Shown here: positions 47,426 to 58,200 of the stretch, in pieces
How positions within the stretch are numbered: the first letter of the stretch is position 1
Layout: the number at the start of each line of letters is the position of its first letter
Assembly (NCBI GenBank): GCA_024638285.1
Contig: JAHEKP010000001.1
Span: 9,093-73,092, forward strand
Length of the DNA: 64,000 bases
Direction: 5' to 3'
Source: Cryomorphaceae bacterium
GTDB taxonomy: Bacteria; Bacteroidota; Bacteroidia; Flavobacteriales; Schleiferiaceae
Program-made: the position numbers and the translations under genes
The notes under the pieces: model-generated
The model's database searches: none
The model's input: the letters and a program-made list of their open reading frames with translations, nothing else
Told to the model about the DNA's origin: nothing

Positions 47426-47698
47426 ATGAGTAAAGACCCCTATGAAGGATTACGTGCACAGCTGGAAGATCGCAATTGGCCCGCGGTATTTCTGTTCAAG
47501 TTTATTATTCCGGCAGATAATAAGAAGATCGCAGAAGTAGAGGCGCTTTTTGATACTAAAATTGCTCAGATAGAACTGCGTCCTTCAAAGACCGGTAAAT
47601 TCGTTTCAGTGAGCGCTAAAGAAATGATGCTCGATGTAGATAGTATTATCGACCGCTACAAAAAGGCGACAAAGATTGAGGGCCTCATGGCACTTTAG
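47426..47698 (+). CDS. Small conserved protein (possibly DUF493/YbeD-like)
   Basis: 90 aa with a WPAVFLFKFIIP motif. Tentative family call. Confidence 0.45.
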   Translation: MSKDPYEGLRAQLEDRNWPAVFLFKFIIPADNKKIAEVEALFDTKIAQIELRPSKTGKFVSVSAKEMMLDVDSIIDRYKKATKIEGLMAL

Positions 47699-47699
47699 A

Positions 47700-48479
47700 T
47701 CATTTCCAACCTTCGTAAACGCCCAATCCAAAAAGTGCATAATCTAAACGTGCTGGATCAAGGGGTTCAATTTTTCGAATAGACTGGTCCAATTCTAAAA
47801 CGGCTTTCCAGTCGTTTTGCTTCCTTTTCAACAGTCCTAAACTCCTGGCTACTCGACCACTATGCACATCTAAAGGCAGGGATAAGAGGGCAGGATTTAT
47901 ATCCCACAGGCCAAAGTCTATACCTTCTTTATTACTTCGTACCATCCAACGAGTAAACATGATTAATCGCTTACATGCACTGCCCTTACTGGGGTCGCCA
48001 AAGTGTTTACTTGCGCGTAGGGGGAGTCCATTATCCAATAAATACCCTTTGAATTCTTGAAACGCTAGGCCCAAATGGGAATCCTCTTTGCGCACATGTA
48101 CTTTGAAAAAATCACCTAAAGTTTCGTGCTCTTTATAGAGTTTTTGGAGGCTGCGAGCAAGACCTTTAATGTCTTCGGATTGGAACGTACGGTGCACAAA
48201 CCCATTAAAAGTCTCAAGATCGGACTCACTTGCTCCACGAATAAATTCAGCCGGCGAACGGTCCATACGGTCCATAAGGTCGTTGCTTTTCGCTATAATG
48301 GTCTTCCTGTTGCCCCATGAAAGCGTGGCGGCGATAAGGCCACTAATCTCAATATCCTCGGCGGTAGAGAAGGAATGAGGGATTTGAATGGGATCGTCCT
48401 GCACGAAGCTGTATTTTGCGTATTGGTCGGCCTTTTCTTTTAAAAATTGAGCCAATTCTTCCCGCGATAACTGCTTCAT
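47700..48479 (-). CDS. TIGR02757/DUF2400-like conserved protein
   Basis: LSWGNRKTII and LPLDVHSGRVARSLGLL motifs recalled from this family. I preferred the start at 48479 (MKQLSREEL), which removes the 34-nt overlap with the upstream ABC gene. Confidence 0.5.
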   Translation of the reverse strand: MKQLSREELAQFLKEKADQYAKYSFVQDDPIQIPHSFSTAEDIEISGLIAATLSWGNRKTIIAKSNDLMDRMDRSPAEFIRGASESDLETFNGFVHRTFQSEDIKGLARSLQKLYKEHETLGDFFKVHVRKEDSHLGLAFQEFKGYLLDNGLPLRASKHFGDPSKGSACKRLIMFTRWMVRSNKEGIDFGLWDINPALLSLPLDVHSGRVARSLGLLKRKQNDWKAVLELDQSIRKIEPLDPARLDYALFGLGVYEGWK

Positions 48480-48493
48480 AAATTTTGAAGGAA

Positions 48494-49156
48494 TTAAGCT
48501 TTTAGCAGTCCGTCGTTCATGATCCACTGTTTCTTGCCCAGTGCTGCGAGCTGATCATTGTGCGTAACCACGACAACTGTTTGACCAAATTCTTCGTTCA
48601 GTTGAACTAATAATTCATGTACGGCGTTCGCATTTGCACTATCCAGATTTCCTGTTGGTTCATCTGCAAGTAAAATCCTAGGATTATTGATGAGTGCTCT
48701 TGCAATGGCTACGCGCTGTTGTTCGCCACCACTGAGTTCATTGGGTAAATGGTGTGCACGATCAGCAATCCCTAAAAAGTCTAATTTTTCTAGTGCATCT
48801 TTTTCTGCTGCCTCATCCATTTTTTTACCGATCCAGCGGGGAAGAAGTACGTTCTCTAAAGCTGTTAGCTCGGGCAGTAGGTTGTGAAACTGGAAGACTA
48901 AGCCAATCTTTTCATTGCGCATCTGATTTAGAGCTGATTTATCTAAATCATGAATGGCGTTACCTTCGAAATCTATGGTGCCTGCTGTTGGAGCATCCAA
49001 TCCTGCGATAAGGTGAAGTAGAGTGCTTTTACCCGCTCCTGAAGGACCTACAATACTCACAAAATCACCTGAGGTGATGGTTGCATCAATGCCACGAAGA
49101 ACCGCTGTGGTTCCGTACGATTTCTTTATTCCCTTTATCGCGATCATAAGCTGCAA
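48494..49156 (-). CDS. ABC transporter ATP-binding protein (LolD/FtsE-like)
   Basis: Walker A GPSGAGKST, signature LSGGEQQRVAIARAL, Walker B ILLADEPTGNLD. Confidence 0.85.
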   Translation of the reverse strand: MQLMIAIKGIKKSYGTTAVLRGIDATITSGDFVSIVGPSGAGKSTLLHLIAGLDAPTAGTIDFEGNAIHDLDKSALNQMRNEKIGLVFQFHNLLPELTALENVLLPRWIGKKMDEAAEKDALEKLDFLGIADRAHHLPNELSGGEQQRVAIARALINNPRILLADEPTGNLDSANANAVHELLVQLNEEFGQTVVVVTHNDQLAALGKKQWIMNDGLLKA

Positions 49157-49162
49157 ATTAGG

Positions 49163-51577
49163 CTATTTCAGTAACTCCGCATAATCTAAAAAGTATACTA
49201 GGCGAACAGAAAAGACCTGATCTGTTCCCGTTTGGCTGATGTCCTTCATGTTGTTCCAATAATTTAGTGTAATCGCATCGTCTGCACGCGCAAATGATGC
49301 ACGATACAACAGATTGAGTTCACGGCCAGGTGCCATCCACCAAACGTATTTGAAGTCTACATTGAAGATGTTGATGCGTAAATCTTGATCGGTATATGCT
49401 GAAGAAGGAGTTAAGCCGCCCTCAGGAGTGAGGTGAAAAAGTTCTTGGGAGTCGATTCTATTCCAGGCATGTCGCGCATTTACGGTGAGGTAGGAATTGG
49501 GCCCAAACAAATATTGGCCTTCCAAACTTTGAGAAAATTCTTTACGCTCTCGCATTGCCATACCTATACTGTCGGTTGAGACTGTTTGTGCCCAGCCTAC
49601 ATTTCTGTGGTTGCCTAAGGATATTTCAGTTCTAAAATTGAATTGGTCATTGACCCTGAAAATCAAGAGGGAAGAGCCATAATAACCGCGAGCACCCCAA
49701 TCTGCCCAGCGCCATTGTCCGCCTCTTATTTCGTAAGCAAAAGGTTTTCTAAAATCGGAGCTTACCCAAGCGTTGTGCCAAAATGAAGCGGGATTGATGC
49801 GGTATCTACCCCAAACACGTGGGTCGTAAAAGTCGTATTCTTCAGGCCGTGCCTCGATGTTGTATCCGAACGCTAAAAAGCTCTTTGTTAATGCGAAAAA
49901 GTTGTATTCTAAATGTACTCTCTCGAATCTTTGAGGCTCAAGCAACTGACGGTATTGCACGGTCACACGGTTTCTTCTACGAAGCAATCGTTCATTAGGT
50001 GCCAGCAGTTGATGACTGAATGAAAAATCTTGATGGATTTTATTCCCTCTACGTTGGAATCCTAAGTCATTTGGATCAAAATTCGGGGTGACCACGTCCA
50101 GTTCATGTTCCCAGCGCCAAGCGCCTGTTTGCTTTCCCATTTCCCAGCCACCAGCGCTACCGGTGTAGGGGTTGTCTATGTCGTATACGCTACTCTGTGC
50201 GGCAGTGGCATTGAAAAAATGGCTGTTATTTAAAAGGTTGAGATTCGCTGTTACCGCAGAAACGCGTGCGTCACGGGTAGACCCAGTAGCGTTGGAGCGT
50301 AGTACATAGGTGTTAATCAACCCAATGGAGTTATTGGTACCAATACGCTGGTCCATTGCGAAGACATTATAATTGGTCATTGGCTCTGTAAGTACCTCGA
50401 CAGCGGCACCCGTTGAATCTTTACCAATAGCATAATTATTTGCCGTCAAGGCATTAAGTACCCCAATACTGAGGTTCTTATCCGTAGTTCCGGAAACTTT
50501 TGTAGCATTTAACATTCGAGTAAAACTCTGCGTCGTATTGTCAAGATCGCCTAGATTGGCATTGGTGAAGTTTTTAGGATTACCACCAATACGTCTGCTG
50601 TAGAAAAGTCCCGCTTTATTGAACAGATTGACACCCTCAGTGAAAAATTGACGGTTTTCATCAAACCGTTGTTCAAAGGCTTCAAAGTTCACAAATTGCT
50701 CATCATAAGCGACCTGAGAAAAGTCAGGAAGCAGCGTCATATCCAACGTAAAACTCTTGTTGAGTCCAATCTTAATGTCGGCTCCTGCCGCTCCTGTACT
50801 GCTAGTATTACCTGCGCTATTGCGTAAAACGGAACCTGTAAAGTTGGGTCTTAAGCTGATACGTTTAGGCGGATTCATTATGCGTATACCCTCTAATAGC
50901 CCACTTTGAAGCGATTCGTTATCAAAATTTCTATCTATCCGGTTCCAACTGTAGAGGGTGCGTGTACTACGAATGGATCTTTTAATGTTAAAACCCCAAG
51001 GTTTGGGATCTTCTCCGTCCTTAGTCTGCGGCATTCGTAATACCCGGTATGGAATAAAAATTTCTGCCTTCCATTCGTTTGTTGTTTTCACAACCGCACT
51101 GTACCAAACAGCATTCCAGCTTCCATCTTCATTATCGTCATTTGTCGCACGAGAATCACCTTGAACACCAGCTGCACTGAGGTAAAAATTGAAATCATTC
51201 GAACCATCGTTGAAAGGGTTAATGATGATTTGCGCCCAGTCTGTATTTGCATTCACGCGATCTCTTGGAGTCAATTGACTCAATATCGGCGCACTTTTGT
51301 CGGTAAACGAAAATGCGATATAAAGTCCTTTGTCAGAGTAGAATAATCGGACATCATCTGAAATACCTTCCGGCGTAGTAGAAGGTTCTGGAAAGTAGCA
51401 CTCTAAAGGGGCCAATTTCGCCGCCGTATTCCATTGTGACTCATTAAAAGTGCCGTCGATTTGCATGCCTTCATCCTGCAACGCTGGGATAGATGCTGTT
51501 TTTGGCAAATTCTGGGCACTAAGGCCAAAGTATAGGGAAGCAGATAGGAGTATTAGGTAGGTTTTAGGCATGCGCAA
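49163..51577 (-). CDS. Large secreted/outer-membrane protein (CBM9-like N-terminus, DUF5916-like)
   Basis: Signal peptide, IDGTFNESQWNTAA CBM9-like start, and a long beta-rich remainder ending in an aromatic-rich C-terminus. Family call from memory. Confidence 0.5.
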   Translation of the reverse strand: MRMPKTYLILLSASLYFGLSAQNLPKTASIPALQDEGMQIDGTFNESQWNTAAKLAPLECYFPEPSTTPEGISDDVRLFYSDKGLYIAFSFTDKSAPILSQLTPRDRVNANTDWAQIIINPFNDGSNDFNFYLSAAGVQGDSRATNDDNEDGSWNAVWYSAVVKTTNEWKAEIFIPYRVLRMPQTKDGEDPKPWGFNIKRSIRSTRTLYSWNRIDRNFDNESLQSGLLEGIRIMNPPKRISLRPNFTGSVLRNSAGNTSSTGAAGADIKIGLNKSFTLDMTLLPDFSQVAYDEQFVNFEAFEQRFDENRQFFTEGVNLFNKAGLFYSRRIGGNPKNFTNANLGDLDNTTQSFTRMLNATKVSGTTDKNLSIGVLNALTANNYAIGKDSTGAAVEVLTEPMTNYNVFAMDQRIGTNNSIGLINTYVLRSNATGSTRDARVSAVTANLNLLNNSHFFNATAAQSSVYDIDNPYTGSAGGWEMGKQTGAWRWEHELDVVTPNFDPNDLGFQRRGNKIHQDFSFSHQLLAPNERLLRRRNRVTVQYRQLLEPQRFERVHLEYNFFALTKSFLAFGYNIEARPEEYDFYDPRVWGRYRINPASFWHNAWVSSDFRKPFAYEIRGGQWRWADWGARGYYGSSLLIFRVNDQFNFRTEISLGNHRNVGWAQTVSTDSIGMAMRERKEFSQSLEGQYLFGPNSYLTVNARHAWNRIDSQELFHLTPEGGLTPSSAYTDQDLRINIFNVDFKYVWWMAPGRELNLLYRASFARADDAITLNYWNNMKDISQTGTDQVFSVRLVYFLDYAELLK

Positions 51578-51653
51578 ATATCGGTAATCGATTGGATATA
51601 TTCATTTAACAACTTTAGCGGTTAAAAAGGTTCATCGTTCAAAGGTTGTACCC

Positions 51654-51661
51654 TAAATTTG
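51654..51661 (+). promoter_or_regulatory. Bacteroidetes -7 box upstream of sucC
   Basis: TAAATTTG, 20 nt before the ATG at 51682. Confidence 0.5.
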
Positions 51662-51681
51662 TAGACAAATCAAGGAACACT

Positions 51682-52869
51682 ATGAACCTCCACGAATATC
51701 AAGGAAAAGAAATTTTAGCCGGTTACGGCGTACGTATTCAACGCGGAAAAGTGGCTCAAACGCCAACAGAAGCTGTTGAAGTAGCGAAACAACTTACAGA
51801 TGAAACCGGTACCTCATGGTACGTTATCAAGGCGCAAGTTCATGCGGGTGGTCGCGGAAAAGGCGGCGGCGTAAAACTCGCAAAGGGCATTGATAAGGTG
51901 GAGGAAGTAGCGAATAGCATTATCGGCATGCAATTGGTTACGCCGCAAACTTCAGCAGAGGGTAAAAAAGTGCATCAGGTATTGGTAGCTGAGGATGTGT
52001 ATTATCCTGGGGAGAGTGAAACGTCAGAATTCTACATGTCGGTTTTACTCAACCGTTCTACTGGTCGTAACATGATCATGTACTCTACTGAAGGAGGGAT
52101 GGACATCGAAACCGTAGCAGAAGAAACACCACATTTGATTTTTACAGAAGAAATCGACCCTAAAGTAGGTCTTGCAGGTTTCCAAGCGCGCAAGATTGCC
52201 TTCAATCTAGGACTAAGTGGTGCTGCTTTTAAAGACATGACTAAATTCGTAACGGCGCTCTACCGCGCTTACGAGGGCGCAGATGCTTCTTTATTTGAGA
52301 TCAATCCAGTGCTAAAGACTTCGGATGATAAAATCTTAGCTGTAGATGCTAAAGTAACTATCGATGATAACGCATTGTATCGTCACAAGGACATCGCCGA
52401 AATGCGCGACACACGTGAAGAAGAAGCTATAGAAGTGGAGGCAGGCGAAGCCGGTCTCAACTTTGTAAAGCTTGACGGTAACGTAGGTTGTATGGTCAAT
52501 GGTGCCGGTCTTGCAATGGCTACCATGGACATTATCAAAATGGCCGGTGGTAATCCAGCGAACTTCCTTGATGTAGGCGGTACGGCCGATGCAGCTCGTG
52601 TAGAGCAAGCCTTCCGTATTATTCTTCGCGATGAAAACGTTAAAGCAATCTTAGTAAACATTTTTGGTGGCATCGTTCGTTGTGATCGCGTGGCTCAAGG
52701 TGTAGTGGATGCCTATAAGAACATGGGCAATATTAACGTGCCGATCATTGTTCGTCTCCAAGGGACCAATGCCGTAGAAGCAAAGAGATTAATTGACGAG
52801 AGTGGACTAGAGGTTCACAGTGCGATCGCTTTACAAGAAGCTGCGGACTTGGTTCAAGAATTGGTTTAA
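51682..52869 (+). CDS. sucC: Succinate--CoA ligase (ADP-forming) beta subunit
   Basis: MNLHEYQGKEILAGYGV N-terminus, ATP-grasp, GGTADAARV / NIFGGIVRCD motifs. The ATG at 51682 is preceded by TAAATTTG. Confidence 0.95.
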   Translation: MNLHEYQGKEILAGYGVRIQRGKVAQTPTEAVEVAKQLTDETGTSWYVIKAQVHAGGRGKGGGVKLAKGIDKVEEVANSIIGMQLVTPQTSAEGKKVHQVLVAEDVYYPGESETSEFYMSVLLNRSTGRNMIMYSTEGGMDIETVAEETPHLIFTEEIDPKVGLAGFQARKIAFNLGLSGAAFKDMTKFVTALYRAYEGADASLFEINPVLKTSDDKILAVDAKVTIDDNALYRHKDIAEMRDTREEEAIEVEAGEAGLNFVKLDGNVGCMVNGAGLAMATMDIIKMAGGNPANFLDVGGTADAARVEQAFRIILRDENVKAILVNIFGGIVRCDRVAQGVVDAYKNMGNINVPIIVRLQGTNAVEAKRLIDESGLEVHSAIALQEAADLVQELV

Positions 52870-52894
52870 TCTTCGCAGATTCCCTTTACATTAG

Positions 52895-52922
52895 CCCCGA
52901 GTGAAAAGCTCGGGGTTTTTTT
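52895..52922 (+). terminator. Rho-independent terminator after sucC
   Basis: CCCCGAG / CTCGGGG 7-bp stem, 7-nt loop, T7 run 52916-52922 that abuts the pnuC ATG at 52923. Confidence 0.8.
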
Positions 52923-53471
52923 ATGTCTACAGATATACTTTTAGAATGGAGCGCGACGCTGCTAGGATTACTGTTCCTATATGGATTAATCGAACGAAAG
53001 GCTTGGGCGTGGCCATTTGGAACCCTTTCCTCTGCACTTTCTGTGGTCTTATTTTTTAGATCTGGCTTGTATGCGGAAAGCGGACTCTATTTTGTGTACG
53101 TTCTGATGGGTTTTTATGGTTGGAGCCAATGGTATGCAAAATCCTCTAGTGAACGCGTTGCGTTGGTTTCGCTTCCTCTCAAATTTCAATATCTGGCTTT
53201 GCTTGGGATTCCTGCAACGCTCGGTTTAGGATATGCTCTTAATACATTACCCGGTGTGTCTTACGCCTATTTTGACGCATGTACCACAGTCTTTGGATTA
53301 TGGGCGACTTGGCAGGAAGCAAAAAGAATTCGTACCGCATTTCATTACTGGATACCATTAAACATTGCTTCAGTTATTTTATATGGTGCGAAAGGACTTT
53401 GGGTATATTCCGCACTCATGGTAATATATTCTGCAATGAGTGTGGTAGGATTTATACGATGGCGCGAATAA
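52923..53471 (+). CDS. pnuC: Nicotinamide riboside transporter PnuC family
   Basis: 182 aa, 6-7 TM helices, W-rich motifs (GWSQW, WATWQEAKRIRTAFHYW) reminiscent of PnuC. Confidence 0.6.
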   Translation: MSTDILLEWSATLLGLLFLYGLIERKAWAWPFGTLSSALSVVLFFRSGLYAESGLYFVYVLMGFYGWSQWYAKSSSERVALVSLPLKFQYLALLGIPATLGLGYALNTLPGVSYAYFDACTTVFGLWATWQEAKRIRTAFHYWIPLNIASVILYGAKGLWVYSALMVIYSAMSVVGFIRWRE

Positions 53472-53513
53472 TTCAGTTATTTTAGTGGCCAATTCGTAAT
53501 TAGACTGAAAAAG

Positions 53514-54113
53514 ATGCGCGCACAACAATATATTGACCTTGTAAAAACAACGCTCGACGCTCTAGACTCCACGAGTTTGGATCAATTGGTTGATGCGTTC
53601 CATACTACCTATGAAAAGGGAGGGAACATTTACACCATGGGAAATGGTGGATCTGGCGCTTCTGCCTCTCATGCTGCTGGTGATTTCTTAAAGGGTGCTA
53701 GCTATGGATTGGATAAACGATTCAAGATGATCTGTTTAAACGATAATCTTCCCTCAATGATGGCTATTGCCAATGATATCGGCTGGGAAAGCATTTTTAT
53801 AGAGCCTCTAAAGAATTTCTTACAACCGGACGACTTAGTCATCGGTATTAGTGGATCGGGCAATAGTAAAAACGTAGTGGCTGCGATGGAATATGCGAAT
53901 GAAAAAGGCGCTACGACAGTCGCATTAAGTGGCTTTAAAGGCGGTAAAATTGCTCAAATCGCAACTATCAATGTGCACGCACCCGTCATGGATATGGAAG
54001 TCACGGAAGACGTACACATGGTTATTTTCAATATTGTGAAAAAACAAATGATGGCCCGGTTAATGGGGGATAATCCTTCGATGGGATCTACATACGATCA
54101 AAGAATAGGATAA
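53514..54113 (+). CDS. SIS-domain sugar phosphate isomerase (GmhA-like)
   Basis: GNGGSGASASHAAGDF and ISGSGNSKNV motifs. Confidence 0.75.
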   Translation: MRAQQYIDLVKTTLDALDSTSLDQLVDAFHTTYEKGGNIYTMGNGGSGASASHAAGDFLKGASYGLDKRFKMICLNDNLPSMMAIANDIGWESIFIEPLKNFLQPDDLVIGISGSGNSKNVVAAMEYANEKGATTVALSGFKGGKIAQIATINVHAPVMDMEVTEDVHMVIFNIVKKQMMARLMGDNPSMGSTYDQRIG

Positions 54114-55100
54114 ATGAAGCGATTCGCGCTAATAGGAGCAGCAGGCTATATCGCGCCAAGACATTTAAAAGCGATTAAAGATGTTGGAGGTGTGTTGGTT
54201 GCAGCCTATGATCCTAGCGATAGCGTAGGGCATTTGGATGCCTATTTTCCAACGGCAGCATTCTTCACAGAATTCGAGCGTTTCGATCGTCATCTGAACA
54301 AGCTGTCAGAGCGTGGACAAGGCGTTGATTACATTAGTGTATGTTCTCCAAACTATTTGCACGACAGTCACATTCGCTATGCGCTGCGCATGAATGCGCA
54401 CTGTATTTGTGAGAAGCCGCTAACCTTGAGACCATGGAATATAGATGGTTTAAGTTCGGTAAGTCAAAGTACTGAAAAAAAGGTGTTTACTATCCTTCAG
54501 TTGCGTTTGCATGAACGCGTTATAGAATTAAAAAAGCAAGTAGAAGACCAATTAAAAGCAGATCCTAACCATGTCTTTGACGTGGAGTTGACCTACATCA
54601 CTTCACGCGGGAATTGGTATTATGCTTCGTGGAAGGGTGATGAAGAGAAAAGTGGTGGAATTGCTACTAATATCGGTGTGCATTTCTTCGACATGTTGCA
54701 CTGGATTTTTGGTCCGCTAAAGCAGCAAAAAGTGCACCTTCGCTCGCACGATCGTGCTTCTGGCGTTTTGTTCTTTAAAAATGCAAATGTGCGCTGGTTC
54801 TTGAGTATTAATGCAGCAACCTTGCCAGTAGATGTCGTAGAAAAGGGAGGAAGGATTCACCGCAGCTTACGCTTTGATAGCTGGTCTTTTGATTTTACTG
54901 AAGGATTTACGGAATTGCATTCGCGTTCTTATGCACACATATTGGATGAAAACGGTTTCACAGAACGTGATGCACAACCTGCAATCAGTATCGTTCACGG
55001 TATGCGCGAATCTCAAATAAGTACAGTAGATTCTGAAGCACATCCCTTCGCTTCTTTGCCTCAAGATCCACATCCTTTTTTTTCTTTGAAAAAGACATAA
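54114..55100 (+). CDS. Gfo/Idh/MocA family oxidoreductase (WbpB-like sugar-nucleotide dehydrogenase)
   Basis: FALIGAAGYIAPRHLKAIKD Rossmann start, SVCSPNYLH, CEKPLTL. Confidence 0.75.
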   Translation: MKRFALIGAAGYIAPRHLKAIKDVGGVLVAAYDPSDSVGHLDAYFPTAAFFTEFERFDRHLNKLSERGQGVDYISVCSPNYLHDSHIRYALRMNAHCICEKPLTLRPWNIDGLSSVSQSTEKKVFTILQLRLHERVIELKKQVEDQLKADPNHVFDVELTYITSRGNWYYASWKGDEEKSGGIATNIGVHFFDMLHWIFGPLKQQKVHLRSHDRASGVLFFKNANVRWFLSINAATLPVDVVEKGGRIHRSLRFDSWSFDFTEGFTELHSRSYAHILDENGFTERDAQPAISIVHGMRESQISTVDSEAHPFASLPQDPHPFFSLKKT

Positions 55101-55164
55101 CGTATTGCTTTTCAATGCATTGTTAAGTAGTCAATAGTTATTCACACTCCTTTAAGAAGGTGTA

Positions 55165-55172
55165 TAGTTTTG
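55165..55172 (+). promoter_or_regulatory. Bacteroidetes -7 box upstream of dnaE
   Basis: TAGTTTTG, 39 nt before the ATG at 55212. Confidence 0.4.
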
Positions 55173-55211
55173 TTAGCTTTGGGAATACCTCAATAGCGAC
55201 GCGACGCCTCT

Positions 55212-58200
55212 ATGTTTTTAATATTTGATACTGAAACTACCGGTTTTCCAAAGGATTGGAATGCCCCCATTACGGATTTGGACAACTGGCCACGTGTGGT
55301 CCAATTGGCTTGGCAAATCCATGATGAGAATGGTGCATTAGTAGAAGTTCAGGATCATATTATTTATCCGGACGGCTTTGACATTCCTTTTAATGCTACG
55401 AAAGTGCACGGTATTTCTACTGAAAGAGCGAAGAATGAGGGCAGGCCGCTAGTAGATGTTCTGGCAGATTTTGAATTGGCTCTTGAAAAATGCGAGTACC
55501 TCGTTGGTCACAATGTAAACTTCGATCTGAATGTTACAGGATGTGAGTATTACAGGGTCCAGGGAGCAAATCCATTGGACGCAAAAAAACCGTTAGATTC
55601 CTGTACGGAAACAACTGCCAAATTATGTGAATTGCCCGGTGGAAGGGGAGGTAAATTTAAACTTCCAAAGCTGGAAGAATTGCACCTTCATTTGTTTAAT
55701 GAAGGGTTCGCTGAAGCACATAATGCTGCCTTTGATGTTGAAGCTACATCACGTGTATTTTTAGAATTACTGCGTTTAAAGGTCATTACCCCGGAGTCTA
55801 TGGGTAAACCTACTGCATTTCTGGATGGATTCTACGCTGCCAACACAGCACCCATAGAGGCTATAGGATTAGCGGTTGATGAAGCACAAAAAAAGAGGGC
55901 AAAAGGCTTGGAAGGGGATGCCGCATCTAAAGCTACATCAACCTCAGAACTGCATGCAGCCGATGTTGATTTTGCGCATTTACACAACCACAGTCAGTTT
56001 TCTATTCTTCAAGCAACGACCGTGGTTAGTGAATTGGTGCGGGCAGCCGTTGAAAACGGTCATGCCGGTGTTGCTTTGACAGATTTAGGCAATATCATGG
56101 GGGCCTTCCACTTTAACCGCGCGGTTATGAGTGTTCCTGGAAACCGCGAGGCCTTTGAGCATAATGAAAAAGTGAAACGAGGTGAATTGAACGAACCACC
56201 TCAAGAGTATCCGTTTGTTGGTATTATTGGTTGCGAATTCTACGTTTGCGACGACCGTTTGGATCGCAGTAAGAAAGACGACGGCTACCAGATCGTTGTG
56301 CTCGCGAAGAATAAAAATGGGTATCATAATCTTGCTAAGCTGAGCAGCGAAGGCATGCTGAATGGCTATTATTACGTCCCTAGAATTGATAAAGCCTATC
56401 TCCTTGAACACAAGGAAGATTTGATTGTCTTGAGCGGAGGACTGCGCGGGGAAATACAACATTTATACCTAAACGTAGGTGAGTCGCAGGCTCGTGAAGC
56501 TTTGGAATGGTGGCAAGAACAGTTTGGTGAGGATTTTTACTTGGAATTGAATCGGCACGGCCTTGAAGAAGAGGACCACGTCAACCTTCAATTACTAAAA
56601 TATGCCAAAGAATACGGTATAAAATACATCGCGGCTAACAATACCTTCTATTTGACTCAGGAAAATGCTGAGGCGCACGATATTTTGCTGTGCGTTAAAG
56701 AGGGTGCACAAAAGAGCACACCTATCGGTCGTGGTCGTGGTTTTCGTTATGGCTTCCCAAACCAAGAGTTCTATTTTAAGAGTAAGGAGGAAATGGTAGC
56801 GCTGTTTTCGGATATGCCAGAAGCTTTAAATACTACTAAAGAGATCTTAGATAAAGTAGAATTATATCCTTTGGAGCGTGATGTTTTACTCCCTGAATTT
56901 GATATTCCGGAGCAATTTCAAGATCCTCAAGACAAGATAGATGGGGGACAGCGTGGAGAAAACGCTTATTTACGCCATTTAACTTACGAAGGCGCTAAAA
57001 CGCGTTACGACGACCTAACATTGGAGATAACGGAACGCTTAGATTTTGAGCTTGAGACTATTGCACGTACGGGTTATCCAGGGTATTTCTTGATTGTTCA
57101 AGATTTTTGTGAAGCTGCACGTCAAATGGGGGTAAGTGTAGGGCCCGGGCGTGGATCAGCAGCCGGATCTGCCGTGGCTTATTGCACAGGGATTACAAAT
57201 GTGGATCCTATTAAATACGATTTACTGTTCGAGCGTTTTTTAAATCCAGAACGTGTGTCACTACCTGATATTGATATTGACTTTGACGACGAAGGTCGTG
57301 ATAAGGTCATCCAGTATGTTATTGATAAATACGGCTCTTCTCAGGTTGCCCAAATCATAACCTATGGTACTATGGCGGCAAAAAGTTCTATACGCGATGC
57401 TGGTCGGGTTTTAGAATTGCCTTTACCTGATACTGATCGCATAGCGAAGCTTATTCCGGATATGACCAAGCTTAAAAAGCTTTGGGAATTGGAGGACAAG
57501 GAATTGAGAAGCAAATTCGGATCTGAAGACGCTGCTTTAGTTCAACAGCTCAAAGCACTAGCGGAAGGGGATTCGCTAGAGGCAATGACTATTAATCAAG
57601 CGCGCGTTCTGGAAGGTTCCGTAAGAAATACGGGTATTCATGCTTGTGGGGTAATTATTACGCCTAGCGATATTCGAGAATTGGTCCCGGTTGCTCGTGC
57701 GAAGGATTCGGAAATGTGGTGTACTCAATTCGATAATTCTGTAGTGGAAGATGCGGGATTACTCAAAATGGACTTTTTAGGCCTTCGTACCCTGACCATT
57801 ATCAAGGAGGCTTGTCGATTGGTTAAACAGCGTCACGATGTAGATTTAGACCCAGATAGTTTTCCGCTTGATGATATTAAAACCTACGAACTATTTCAAC
57901 GAGGAGAGACCGTGGGGATTTTCCAGTATGAAAGTGCTGGAATGCAAAAATATTTGAAAGAACTTAAACCAACAGAATTTGCGGATCTCATTGCAATGAA
58001 CGCCTTGTATCGACCAGGTCCATTGGAATACATACCAGAGTTTATCGATAGAAAACACGGCCGTAAGGAAATCGTTTACGATTTAGATGCCATGGAGGGT
58101 AAACTCAAAGAGACCTACGGAATTACCGTATATCAGGAGCAAGTAATGCTTTTGTCGCAGGAATTGGCAGGTTTCTCCAAAGGTCAGGCTGATATGCTTC

